From contig OZ024740.1 in NCBI GenBank assembly GCA_964016885.1, positions 254,882,001-254,946,000 on the forward strand: a stretch of 64,000 nucleotides of DNA, read 5' to 3'. Below, piece after piece: positions 41,628 through 55,006 of this stretch. The translations under genes and the position numbers were made by a program. A model generated the notes under the pieces. It ran no database searches. It worked only from the letters and a program-made list of their open reading frames with translations, and was not told the DNA's origin. The DNA comes from Eledone cirrhosa. Lineage: Eukaryota. The first letter of the stretch is position 1. Each line of letters begins with the position of its first letter.

Positions 41628-41790
41628 AATACACTTCCTATAGTATCCCCCTATATTATTTCTTTTTTAGTGTTAACCCTTACTACATTGGTCTTTCTCC
41701 TGCTTTTATACACTCTTTGACTATATTCTTTATATACCCCTTCTTTTAAATCATTAATTTTGATTTTATCTATAATTTTCTTATTTTTAA

Positions 41791-42656
41791 CTAGCAGAAA
41801 AGCCACCCTTTCGGTGGTTTTCTGCTCGCATGTGTAGTGTGTATATTGATATTATACGCAAGTATATATGCATGTATGATAGATATGATGCATCAAATAA
41901 AATCATAATTGACAATATACACAGAAATTGAATGAAGACTGTGTTACACTCTCTTATGTAATCAGTAACGTAATCTATGATACATTAAAAAAAGACGATA
42001 TTATATATCTGCTAGCATGTGTAGTGTGAATATTGATATTATACTCAAGTATATATGCATGTAGATATGATCAAATAAAATCATAATTGACAATATAAAC
42101 AGAAACTGAACGAAGACTGCGTTACACTGTCTTATGTAATCAGTAACGTAATCCATGATACATTAAAAAAAGATGATATTATATATAAACTGCATTAGGA
42201 GAAAATTAGTGACAGAAATATATGAATATTTATTTAAACGATCACTAACCAGAAGTGTTGACATTTGAAAATTTTAAAGATGTGAATCTTTAAATAAGTA
42301 ATAAAATATATGAACAGCCACGAAATTTAGTACATAAATTATGTAATATTCATTCATTATTTATTCAAAGTAAGGGCGGTGGATTGGCAGTATCGGAAGA
42401 GGGTCAGACGCCATGCTTTGATGCATAGAGTTACGGCCCTTGCCATTCTGAGTTCAAATTCCGCCAAGGTTAACTTTGCCTTTGATCCTTACGGGGTCCA
42501 TAAAATAAAGTACCAGTAATACACTGGGTAATTGCTGGCCTTGTGCCAAAAGTAGAAACAATTATTTATTCAAAGTAATCCAACTTATTTTACTAAAGGG
42601 ATAAAAAATTATAAACCGTACGCAGTCCCGCGCTTCTTACTTTATTATAGTTTAGA
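41791..42656 (-). mobile_element. Non-autonomous Helitron
   Basis: Minus strand starts A|TC, ends with hairpin CCACC-gaaag-GGTGG then CTAG|T; internal ~185-bp tandem duplication; nested SINE. Confidence 0.8.
42372..42562 (+). mobile_element. tRNA-derived SINE (second family)
   Basis: ggcggtggattggcagtatcgg...gagttcaaattcc; target duplication ttatttattcaaagtaa; relatives at about 46400-46590, 57881-58070 and 63677-63810. Confidence 0.78.
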
Positions 42657-43076
42657 TAACACCCCTTTTTCCTTCTTTTAAATATTAAAAAAATCTTTCC
42701 CTTGTTATACCTACTTCCAGTTTCATTTATTTTTTTTACAAAAGGTTAAATTCTTAGAATTTATAATGTATCTTACTTACATCTTTAATATATGGACAGG
42801 TATTCAAGTTTTACATTTACTGTAATCCCTATTTTCAGTGACATGTAATTTTGAATTTTTATGTTTATTTTTTTCTTTTCGGCTTCGATGTGGTAGACCA
42901 TATCATTTACTATTATCAATTTTATAATCGATAATTATCATCTGTATGTGCAGAATACTGATTTGGTTTCCGAAATAATTGTCAGCCATTAAATATATTT
43001 GTTCAAGAATTTGGTATTGTTTTCTCTAACATTTAATTTATATATATATATATGTGTGTGTGTTTCTTCATTATAG

Positions 43077-43228
43077 TGGCACAATTTGTCTGTTGACTTT
43101 GCTCAGACTCAATGGAGGTTTGTCTTACCTGTAACTGCTGACAAAGAAGTCGCACCTCCAATTACTTTACGTGCAGGTGATTACAACTTAGATGGCTATC
43201 CAGATTTGTTAGCTGTGCTCACAAACCA
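43077..43228 (+). CDS. ITFG1: ITFG1/TIP/LINKIN coding exon (first seen in window)
   Basis: ttatag|...|gtaag; translates WHNLSVDFAQTQWRFVLPVTADKEVAPPITLRAGDYNLDGYPDLLAVLTN, matching the FG-GAP-like segment PITLHIGDYNMDGYPD of vertebrate ITFG1 as I recall it; ends in phase 2. Confidence 0.93.
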
Positions 43229-44330
43229 GTAAGTGTTATATTCCTTCTTCCTTTTCCTAGTCAAAGCAGTCCCTCATTTTTGGATACAAAAATGTTTGTT
43301 TTATAACGTTTATGTTTATCTTTTCATCATAATTTTATGTAAGAACCTTTGTTAAGTTATGCTCTAAATGTCAGCTTAATAACGAGAAAATTATAAGCTT
43401 CTCAAATCGTTGCTTATTTTCAAAATTATTTGAAAACCATAAGCAGTGTACTTACTTAGAGGCTCCTCCGGTTTGAGACGCACAAGGCAGCAAAAGTGTT
43501 CCAATGACCATGGTTAGTTGCATCTATCAATACATCGTTCCAACTTTTGGGTTTCAGGTCTCTCTTGATTACTTGCCATCAGTTCCTCTTGGGATACCCT
43601 CTTCACCTCTTTCTCTGAGGATACCAATACAGGACCAGATTAGCATATCTCTCACTTGGGATTTATGTGGTGTGTCCCCACCAGCCAAATTGGCACTAGC
43701 ACATGATGTTTGACACATGTTGTTGATGGGTTTGTTGACAGACTTCTTTGTTGATGATGAAGTCATCCCACCTGGTGCCAAGGATTTTCACACCCTTGCA
43801 AGCAGGGAAAAGCGGACATAAAATGATGATGACGATGATGATGATGATGATTTGGTATCAAAAGCATCCAATTTGTTCTCTTGGCTGATCTTCACAGTCA
43901 AAGTTTCACACCCATACAGGAGCATTGAAAAGACATTGCTGTTGTAAAATCTCATCTTGGAATCAAGTGAAAGGCAATGTGTTTCATGGGAAATATGGTA
44001 AAGAAATGGTTAACAGGAGATTACAAAGATTGGAGGGAAGCTCACATTTGTTGGATAGCAACAGTCAGACACAGGTGTGTGTGTGTGCATGTTTGTGTTT
44101 CAGTGCACACGTGGCTGTGTGTATGTATGCATGTGCATGCATGTCACTACCTGTGTGTATGTGTGCGTGGCTGTGTATGTGATGATAAATAATGGTGGTG
44201 GTGGTGATGAGGATGATGATGGTTGTGATGACGTCTAAGACTGACAGAGATATGGTAGGGTAATGCAAAAAAAAGAGAAGGTGCACAAAGTATTATGATA
44301 GGTAACCTTTTACTGTTTCTATGTATACAG

Positions 44331-44478
44331 GAACCATACCCAGAAGGTGTTTTTACTGAAGAATGTGGCCCATAACCAGGATAACTTCACAAGAACTTTC
44401 AGTATTGATCACAAAGCTTTCTTCATGCAACCATCAGGAACAGCGTTTCTGGCTACATTTTTTGACATTGATGAAGAT
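44331..44478 (+). CDS. ITFG1: ITFG1 coding exon
   Basis: atacag|...|gtaag; phase 2 start, (Q)NHTQKVFLLKNVAHNQDNFTRTFSIDHKAFFMQPSGTAFLATFFDIDED, cf. ITFG1 AFLLENV...ATFFDIYED. Confidence 0.93.
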
Positions 44479-46849
44479 GTAAGTAAATATTACTGTTATT
44501 GCTGGTGAGAGAAGGCACAGTAACTTAGTGGTTGCAGCGTTTGATTTATGATTGTAAGATCATTTTTTTTAGCAGATTGTGTTCTTGAGCAAGATGCTTT
44601 ATTTCATGTTGATTCAGGCCACTCAGCTGGCAAAAATGATTTGTACCTGTAATTCAAAGGTTTGGCTTTGTCACACATTGTATCGGACTGAATCTCCCTG
44701 AGAACTACATCAAAGGTATACATGCTTGTGGAATGTTCAGCCACTTGCACATTAATTTCATCAGTAAGCTGTTTCTTTAGTCAAACAACTAAAACACTTG
44801 TCGGAATTGACAAAAATCTGACAGATTTACCAACTGACAGACAGATTGTTTCTATTGTAGTTGATACTGCTGCTGGTGTTGTTGTTACGGTTGTTGTTAC
44901 TGGTGCTGGTGTTATTGGATTGGTTGATGCTGGTGCTAGTGTTGTTACTGTTGTTCTTGTTGCTGGTATTGTTGTTGTTACTGTTGGTGGTGTTGCTATT
45001 GTTACTGATGATGGTATTGTTGTTGTTACTATTGTTGTTCTTTTGGTGTTGTTGTTTAATCAGATAAGGAAGGGCAGTGCCTGTTATTATTGTCAAACTA
45101 ATGTAAGGCAGAGATTAAGATATCATCAAACCGGTGACCTGGTCCAGTTTCATGATATCTTCATCAGGGGGTCCAAACATTGCAAGCAGGGAAAGCAGGC
45201 GTTAAATGATGATGATAGGACTCTTCTAAAGCCATCCAAAGACCCGGGCGACTGATTAAGTCTACCACACATATTGGCCTCAGCAGGATTTGAACACAGA
45301 ACATAAAGCCAGAACAAATGCCACCACAAGACAATTTGTCCGACATGCTACCATGTCAGCTCACTACTTTTAGCTGATACTTCATTTTCTTAAGTCCCTG
45401 GTTGTGGACAGTTTAACACTTCTGTTATCATATTTTAAAATAAACTTTTTATTATGATAGAACTTGGGATAGTTTAAGGTGGTTTAGTGTCAAAAGTTTT
45501 AAATAATGATATCTCATTAAACTCAGATGCCTATAGCTCGTGGGGCCCTTAATTCCTCCATAGTGACATAGAGCATGTCTTGAGCATTTATACCTGGCTG
45601 AACCCATCCTGCTCCGGGTCTGAACACTGATGGTTTCTTTCTTCTTTCCAGATTAAGAAAGAGGAAGTGAGAAAGAGATATAGAGGAAGAATTGACTTTG
45701 AAAGGATGAAAGGCAAAGTTGACATTGGTGGGATTTGAACTTAGAGAGCAGAGAGCTGGAACAAATACTGCACAGCATATAGTCTAGCTGCCTAACAACT
45801 CTCCCAATTCACCTTATTGTTGTTTGCTGCTGGTCAGCTCTAATTCAGCTAGCATCAAAGGCATTCCAACCAGGACCATCTCATCTGTCTAAGGAGTGTG
45901 TAATACAACATTACCTAATGTGTCCTTTCAATATTGTAAGACAGGGAATTTCATTTGAGGAAGATTTGCAGCTATTTCTAGCAGGGCATGTTATAACTAG
46001 AGACTCGCTCATTAAGTACCAGTGGTGAACTGGGGTAACAGTGGAATTGATCCACTTGATCTCTACATTCTGAGTTCCAATCCTGTGAGGCCATCTGTGT
46101 TTTTCACCCTTCAAGAGTGAATAAAATATAGTACTAGTCAAGTACAGGGCTTGATGTAATAAACTTTTTCCTTCCTTCAAATTGATGGCTTTGTGCCCAA
46201 TACTGGAAATCACCGTCATCATCATTTATTATTATTTTCAAGTCCTGCCAGGATTGGCTTTGCCTTTCATCCTTATGGTGTTGATAAAATAAAGCATGAG
46301 TAGGTACTGGGGTTGATTTAATTGACTTACCCCTCTCCTTCAAATTGCTGGCCTTGTGCCTAAAGTAGAAACAATTAATATTATTCTCTCTCCGGTTAAA
46401 AGGTGGTGAATTGGCAGACTCAGTAGAGCGTTGGACAACATACTTTGCTGCATAGAGTTATGGTCCTTTACATTCTAGGTTCAAATATGGTTAGCTTTGC
46501 CTTTCATCCTTGGGGTTGATGTAATTGACTTTCCTATCCCCCAAAATGTTTGGCCTTGTGCCTAAATCAGAAATCATCATTATTATTATTTATGAAGCAT
46601 AAGCCACACATAGCATCGGCTCCAGTTTTTTTCAAGGTATTTTAACCTTTTTCTACATTCTCTAGGCTTTTATTTAAATTTTAAACTTGATAAAAGTTTA
46701 GACAAGTCTGTCTGCTGTCTGCAGGTAGAATACTTTGTTTTGAAAGACATCCCCGAAGGGGCTGTCAATGCTGTCTCTCTCCTCTAATTGAAAGTTTATT
46801 TGATTGTATAAAACAATCATGGAGGCGTCATGAGACGTCTCCAAAACTG

Positions 46850-49580
46850 TTTATAGAGAGAGGGAGGCAGATAGCAAATTGAATGTAGATTGTTTTCAAT
46901 CAGCCGATGTGGAAAATTACAAAATTAAAAACCACGTTTATACAAGGAAAAAATGAACAGAAAAACACTTTTGTCAATGGCAAAAGCAACAATAGCAGTT
47001 ACAACAGCAGCAACAACCACAATAACAACAACAGTAACAACAACAATAACGACGACTCCACTAACAGCAACACCAACAAAGAAACAAGTGAAGAAAATGA
47101 CAACAGCAACAATTGCACCAAGTACAACACCAACACCACCAACAAGAGCAACTTGAAGAAGAGTGAAAGCAATAACAACTCATTTGCAGCTGCAGCTGCA
47201 TAAACCATGAAATTTTTCCAAGTGGATATTTCGGACAAGGGGCAACAGTTGGCCCAGGCATGGAAACTAATTAAGTTTGTGGCCAACACCACCCCCACCA
47301 CCACTGAAACAACGGAAACTAAATCAAAATGAACACACACGACAGCAACAACATAAATAATAACAACAATACCACCTCTGCTAAACGGAATGGCAGGCTG
47401 TCCTTAGAATGGAACAGCCAAAATTCTGAAAACAATAACAGCAGCAGCAACAGCAAGAACAGCAGTAGTAGCAGTAGCAACAGCACCACCAACAAGACCA
47501 GTAGCGGCAGTAACAATGGTGCCACTGAAAAAGAGACCATTTCTTTTGCGGGGGTGGCCAGAAATTTAGAGACAGTCACGGAGGAGGAGATGGTGATTGC
47601 AAGGGCCATGGTGACGTGAAAAGCCAATCGAGTCTCCCTGAAACCTCCACCTGACTTTTTCAAGGACCAACAACTGCGGACGGTGACTTTTATGGTTGCT
47701 TTATCTAGTATACCTATTTAGATAGAAAAGAGGCATACATTTGCTGTACGTTTAATTATTGGCAATTTTCAGAGGCCTGTAGATGGAAAAATATACAAAA
47801 CACACTTGATTTGATAAGATATTTAAACTCTACAGAAAACATTAGCCACAAACACATGATTTCAAAGGAGAAATGGCTATATCAAGTTGGTCCGGGAGGC
47901 TCGTTCGGAAAAAATTGTATAATTAATTAATATTTTAAAAGCCTACAATTTCAAAACTATCAAAGATATTGACCTTTATCGAGGGAATCACAGACATCAT
48001 AGAACTCGAAGAAGGAGTTTCACTCCTCATAAGTGTGGAAGAAAGGCGCCCAAAGTGCTATCTCTGTAGGGCGAACGGTCACCTCAGGGCCTTTTGCCCG
48101 CAGAAGACAGCAAAGGAGAAAGACCCCTCCATCCAACGCCTGGTCCACTGCTACTAGGAGCAGGGCAGGGTACAGAGGCGTCAGACCCTTCCGCGGTGAG
48201 TAGGAGGCAATGTCCGTGGCACCCATACGAAGGCCACGGACAACTAAAACAATGGCAGCAGTGGTGGCAACACCAACAGTCGCAGTAGCTACACCGGCGA
48301 CCAAATCGCCAGAGCCGGCTCCACTACCACCACCAACAGCCGTGGAGCTCATGCCCCTCCCAGACCGCACGGAATCCGACATAGAATATGAGGCGGGAGT
48401 GGAGTGGCAAAAGGTCTGCCACAAAAATAAAATAAAAATAAAAGCCCTTAGTTTCACCCTCCAAAAGCGAGGGCAAACAAAGAGGGGTAAAGGCTGCAAG
48501 GCGACTTGCAGCAACACCACCACCACAAGCATCACCACCAACAACAACCACACCACCACCAGCATCACCACAAACACCAACATCGCAAACACAACAAAGC
48601 ACACGCACCCAACAACAAGAAGAAAACAGCAACGACCCCCCCCCCCCCCCCCCCCCAAGAAATTACACAGTCATAAACATCGCAAACAAAGATTTAATGG
48701 AACATAAAAAGCAGCACACAGACATTACAGACTTAAATTACCACCCCACCAACACCAAGAACATTACCAAGCTTTATGTGTACATCTCTGGTGCTTCCTT
48801 GACGGTGAACAGGTGTGGTCTTCATTTGCCAGACGCATTTTTCCAGCTCGTTGTCTTCACAGAGCTGCATTCCTGGATCAGGAAAAGACCGAGGGAAAGC
48901 AATTGGAAGCTGGAATGTCTCCAAGCCTTCTACCAGCTGGGTACTAGTATCGGTGGAACATCCACCTCGGCATACTATAGAGGACTAGTGGAGAGGAAGA
49001 GTGACAACGTTCTCGGGGAGACCCTGGGCGTCGAAGACGATCAGCTGTTCGCTCTCTTTGAGAGAACTTTTATCCCGGGGCCTATGGATGACTTCCAGAA
49101 ATCCATGGCCTGACAGTGCTACCGGGGAGCGTTGCCGGTTCAAGATAAGCTCTACAGGCGTGGAAGTGCCGTCAGCTGAGCTTGTCCGAGATGCGCGCAG
49201 GGCAGTCAAACTGTCGTGCATGCACTCGTTCAGTGCACATTCATTGCTGACTTGTGGGACTATGTCAAACAGTTGTTGTGTGCAGAAAGTCTCGCAGTCC
49301 TTCTTTAAGGAGGAAGAAGAGCAGGCAGCTTTCATCTGCCTGGTGGCCATGGCGAAAGAGATTGTATGGTGGTCAAGGTTGAAAGGATTGAAGACGGACA
49401 CTTCTCTGGCGAATCCCTGATTAACTTTTTCAAGTTTTACTTGAAGAGGAAAATCAGGGTGGAGAGACAAGTGTTGTCTTCTAGTAACCTTTTTCTACAC
49501 GACTGAAACCCACTTTGTATCATCCTGTGCCGTCTGTAATATTTTTCTTCATATTAGCCCTTGTGGCCAATAAAGAAACC
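46850..49580 (+). mobile_element. Tx1/L1-like LINE remnant
   Basis: ORF1-like ISFAGVA, CCHC knuckle CYLCRANGHLRAFCP, ORF2 C-terminal region, AATAAA and (ATT)n; boundaries approximate. Confidence 0.62.
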
Positions 49581-49899
49581 ATTATTACTATTGTTATTAT
49601 TATTGGATGGTATACACCTTCCCAAATTAAGCCAGCTGGCACGTGACAGCAGCTCGAATATAGACAATACTCCCAGCACCATCATTGTGAACCTTAATAC
49701 AATTGCCAAAATTGATAACGGCAGCAATAGCAGTCGCCAAAGTTTGCCACATGCGGACGTAGACTTTCCACCTTTGCCAATGTCGACTGGTGTTAAAGTC
49801 ACCATTTTAACCGCCACGCTGTCGAGGAATACATTCAACACCACCGATACCACCACCACCACAGCAACAACTGAAACAAAAAAAATATCTTGTGATAAC

Positions 49900-52800
49900 A
49901 AAATGGATTCTCCCACAATGTCGACAGTTTACGTTGAACGCCACTGACACCACCACCACAACAACAACTGAAACAAAAAATAATAATAACAAAAATAACA
50001 ACAACAACAACAGCAACAATAAGAATAACAATAAACAACACCAACACTAACGCAAAACCAAATGTGTCTTTTGCTAAAGTGGCGAACAAGAACGAAACAA
50101 TTGAGGCAAAGCCAGGAAGAACTGAATGAGGCCAGGTGAATGGTGAAGAAAAAGGGTTACAAGGTCAGCCTCACTCCTCTATTAAATGCGATGTAGCATC
50201 GCCGGCTATGTACTGTATCATACCACACCATTAATATAAAAATTCGCCAAGTGGAGCAGGCATCCGAGTCCCAGATCCAAAAGGCTTGGGGACATGTGTG
50301 GGCTCAGAAAATCCACATCAGATGTGGACAAAGATATGGGATCGTTGATGTGTTCTTTAGAACCCTACCGGAAACCAGAGAGCACTCCATGGCTCCACTA
50401 AAAAGTGACGAGTTCAAACTAGTCCTAAGCTACTGTGGACAGTGGATCATGGGAGTGAGTGTAACCCAGGTTCTGCCCACCATTGAAATTCCCTGGCTGA
50501 TGGCTGACATCAAGGATAACACGAAGATGATCGAGGTGATAAAAATAAAACAGGAGAACTGGTCCGGATCTGGAATGGAGCTCCTGATCCAAGCGGACCA
50601 GAAAAATATCCAAGAGATTCCAGAGATGATAGACCTCAATGACGGCAGCCACCTCATAGTAAACGGTGAAGGTAGAAGGACTAGGTGTGTTGTTCGTGGT
50701 AATGGGACCCATCTAAAGGCCTTCTACCCTCGGGATGGCTAAAAGATTAAGGTTAGCTCTCCTGCCTACCCCACTGGCTCAACCAGCAAAACCAGCAGCA
50801 GCAGCAACTGTAGCAAAGCCAACACCACCATCGCCCACTGCGCCAGAAGTAGCACCAGCGCCTCCACCATCCACCATGCCACAACCAACACTAATGCCTA
50901 ACCTCTCACAACTGGAGGTGGATGGGTGGGAGACCCTATCTGTAAAAAAAAAGAAACCAGAAAAGAAAGAACCCTCTTCTTTTGTCCACCAAAAAAATAG
51001 AGAGCGAAACAAACAAACAAAAAAACAAGAAAGTTAAGATAGCTACGCCACCCACACCGGCATCACCACAAAAACCAACACCATCACCATCATCAACCCC
51101 AACACCACCATTACCAACAAGTGAAACAGAAACAATCCCACAACAAAGCGACCAAACCAAAACACTACACAGCATTAAACTAAAACAACAAAAAAATCAT
51201 TACACTACATCCAACACAACACCAGCATCACAGAGAAAAACTATACAACCCAAAAATTGACACCGCCCACAAATCACTCGTATCACACAGAAAACATACA
51301 CAACACTAAAATTAAAATTCCCCAAGGACATCGTAGATTTCCGGCAAACACTTTCCTGGAGGATATATAAAGACATCCTCCTGGAGGGGGCCACAAACAG
51401 TCAGAAGGATGGAAAAACCATCTTTCCTCCACAAGAAGTGAGGTAAGTGGTCTTTCCCATCTTTTGCCACTCCTTTTTAACAGACCTTACTCAGAATAGG
51501 CAGCATAAATACGCGTGACCTGGGGTTGTCATGGAAGCAGGGTCACTTGCTCAACGACCTCAGGTCAATGAACATAGATGTGGTGGCCATCAGTGAGACC
51601 AGAATCTCCGAGGCACATGCTTTTGCACCCATCTTCAGCGGTTATGATGTGTATGCATCTCCAAGCCGGCCAAGATCGGGAGGCAGAGACGCTGTGTTGT
51701 TTTGGAGAGGCCTGAATCTCGTGATACGGACCATCTTCCTGGACCCAGAAGGAAAGTCAGTGTGGCTGGACATGATCTGCAGCGAAGGCTATGCTTTTAG
51801 GCTAATGGCTGTTTATGCCCCAAAAGGGGCAGGACAGCCTGATTTCTTCAGGCGACTGGAGACCTTCTTAAGAACATCCCACTCTTTAATGTTAGAGGGA
51901 AACTGGAACGGTATCTTGGATGCATGCTGGGATTGTGTAAAATCCTTGCAAACCTGTTCAGACATTTCGAACTGTCTGACAGGTACCGCCTGGATTTCCC
52001 AAATGTGCCACGCATTGGGTCATCCAAATTATATCTTGACAGTATTTTGTAAGGAAATAGATAGTTCTAACATAGACTGTCCACAAATCAAAACAGTTGA
52101 CTACACAGACCACAAATCCGTGACCTGTGTGGTCGACTTAGATAGGCTTCATATACAGGGACCCGGCTACTGAAAGCTAAACGCGTCGTTGACGGCACTC
52201 TAAGCCTACAGAGACCGGATTAGCAAACTAGTTAAGGGGTGTTGACAAATGGTAGTTCGCCCTGAAAAGGGTGATTAGAATGGAGTTCATTAGGTTTAGT
52301 AAAGCATTATCAATGGAGAAAAATAGAGCAGAGGGAGAACTTGTTAGAAAATTAGACGAGGCACTTAGTAAAGGCATCGTGACCGACATGCTTGCGGCGA
52401 AATTGGCCCTCAATCAATTCTTCAATGCAAAGCACGAAGGCTGATTGTCAGAGCTAGGGCACGCGCTCTCAGACACGAGGGGACGAAAGCTGTTCAATGG
52501 GCCTGAGTGACAGAAGTGTGTCATAGCAACAAAAGCCACAATCCGGTCTTTGGAGAACCATGACAGGCGCATGTTACTCGAACCAAAGCAAATGTGTGTG
52601 GCTTTTCAGCGGCACTTACTCATCTGTTTGGGAGCAGCGGTGGGCCGGAGCGCAGGATGGATTTTAGCGCCTACCTCAACGGACTGCCGCGGCTCTCGGT
52701 CACTGAGGTGGAGTGTTGCGAAAGGCCAGTATTAGCTGCTGGTCTGCCATGTGAGCTTTACGTACACATGTCAGACTCGTTTGGTGACCTCTTGGTGGTT

Positions 52801-54620
52801 GTCTACTGCAACTGGCAGCAGAATGGGAGAATTCCCAGCTCTGTGAGCCAAGGAGCAGTCGCACTGCTGAGAAAGGACCCAAACAAGAGGGACAAGATAG
52901 ATAATTTCAGGCCGATAACTCTGCTAAATGCAGAGTTCAAGATTTTGGCCAAGGTGCTAGCAAAGAGGTTGGTGCTTGTCGTCGGTGGTCTGGTGGAAAA
53001 GGCGCAAACATGCTGCACAAAATGGGGACGTTTAGAGGTGTCCCGCACGAACTGGGATACGGGAGAACTGTGTCAGCATATGCCAACGACGTCACCGTAG
53101 TGGAGTCGAATGTCAAACACATCGAGTCATTACACTGAGAGAATATGAGGCAGAGACAGGAACAATGATCCACCAGGAAAAGTCGGTGGGTCTGCAACTC
53201 GGCACCTGGAGAAGCAGGTCCATGCCGTCCAACAGTGTCGTCAGGTACTGGACGGACCGGTTAAATTACTAGGGGTCTGGTTCGGTCCAGACCTTCAGAC
53301 AGACAAAAACTGGGACGAGGTGACAAGCAAGGAGGCCTCTCTCACCCAGAAAAAGAGGAAGCTATCTCTGAAAGGTCGAGCGGGGGTGGCGAACGCATAA
53401 ATCGCCTCCATCATCTACTACCGCTTGACCGTCGTGCCTTGTCCTAAGCCTCGCCTGATTGCTTTGGAGCATTTGCTCTTTTGCTTTTTGTCGAAGGGAT
53501 GCGTTCTGATGGTCAGGCGGTCCATTTGCTGTCAACACTCGCTACATGGAGGGCTGGGCATACCGTGACTATAATGCACAAACATGCGTTCAGACTACAG
53601 CATCTCCACCTCTTCCTCGACGGTGATCAGGTGTGGTCGCTGTTTGTTAGACATGTCTTTCCAGCTCGTCTCCTTGACGGAGCTGCAGTCCTGGATCAAG
53701 CGAAGACCGAGACGGAAGCGCTTTGAGATTGGTATATCTTCAGGCACTCACAGCCCTCGACAAATCGGATGATGCGATCGGTGGAAACTCCACCTTGGCA
53801 TTCTATAGAGGGTTAGTGGAAGAAAAGAGCAACAATATCCTTGGGGAGACTCTGGGCGTCGACAAAAATCAACTAGCCAATCTCTTCGGGAGAACCTCTG
53901 GACCAGGGCCCATGGACAACTTCCAGAAATCCCTAGCCTGGCAGTGCTACCGAGGAGCCTTGCCAGTTCGGGATAAACTCTACAGGCAAGGAAGAGCCGT
54001 CAGCTGGGCCTGTCTGAGATGCACGCACTCGTCCAGTGTCCAAGTATTGCTGATTTGTGGCTTTACGTCGAACACCTGCTAATGCGTGCAGGATGGATTC
54101 GGCTATCAGCTGAGTCTATCGTGAAGGGCAGGCAGTTTTTATCTGCCTGGTGGCCATGGCGAAAGACGACGCGTTTGAAAGGGCTGAGGACGAGCACTTA
54201 CCTCTTGGGTGATGCCCTGATTAACTTTTTCAAATTTCATTTGAAAGGTAAATCAGTGTGGAGAGGGAAGTGCTTTCTTCCCAGCAATTTGTTGAAAGAT
54301 GGGTGAGAGAGGCAAGCATGGCCCGAGTGAATGGGTCTGCTCTGAGTATGCGCCTATAGTTTGGAGGTGGAAAACTGGGAGACGGCACTAGCCCTGGTGG
54401 TCAGGGTCACCGTGGCTTTTTTAATGGGCTTTCTCCACAAGTGTCCCTTGAAAGTCTCCCTGCTATTGGGGAATGTTCCTTTGTTTCTTTTTTTTTATCT
54501 TTGTTTATTATTGTTTTTTCTTTACATGCAGAAATATCCATTTGTACCGTCCTGTGCTGTCCTCAATGTTATATTTTGTCAATCCTTGTTAATAAAGAAA
54601 GCATTATTATTATTATTATT
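49900..54620 (+). mobile_element. Tx1/L1-like LINE, degenerate ORF1 and ORF2
   Basis: APE motifs (AISETR, AVYAP, YTDHK), RT NFRPITLLNAEFKILAKVLA and AYANDVT, LLGVWFG, AATAAA at 54591 and (ATT)n. Confidence 0.8.
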
Positions 54621-54746
54621 AACTTTGCCTTTCATCAATAAAATAAAGTACCAGTCACACATTGCGGTCGATTTAAACGACTTACCCCTCCCCCAAAATT
54701 GCTGGCCTTGTGCCTATATAAGAAACCATTATTATTATTATTATTA
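54621..54746 (+). mobile_element. tRNA-SINE 3' half abutting an ITFG1 splice acceptor
   Basis: aactttgcctttcatc...ataaaataaagtaccagt...ttgctggccttgtgcct...gaaacc(att)n. Confidence 0.72.
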
Positions 54747-54753
54747 CACACAG

Positions 54754-54859
54754 GGTGTGCTGGATGTCTTTATTACTTCAAGACAAATAGACGGCAAAAC
54801 CAAACTTCAGATGTTCAAGAACAAATTTCTTGAAGACGCTTATTTTCTGAAAGTCATGG
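54754..54859 (+). CDS. ITFG1: ITFG1 coding exon
   Basis: cacag|...|gtaag; GVLDVFITSRQIDGKTKLQMFKNKFLEDAYFLKVM, cf. GILDIVV...KNNFEADAYFVKV; ends in phase 1. Confidence 0.92.
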
Positions 54860-55006
54860 GTAAGTTTGTGATTGTGTCCCTGCTCTTTGTATTGTCACCT
54901 TTTCTGTAAACATCTGCTGTGGGTTTTATACACCATTCAACTGTAGTAGCAGTAGTAGTAGTATGTACGTACATTTGTGTGCGTTGACTATTCAACCAGA
55001 AATGGC

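Noticed and set aside
44722-45255. Hydrophobic V/L-rich ORF resembling a membrane protein
   Set aside because: Degenerate (GTT/GCT)n trinucleotide repeat inside an ITFG1 intron
54361-54909. 182-aa ORF as a separate gene
   Set aside because: Only 54754-54859 is coding (ITFG1 exon); the rest is LINE/SINE read-through. The same applies to ORF 62605-63129
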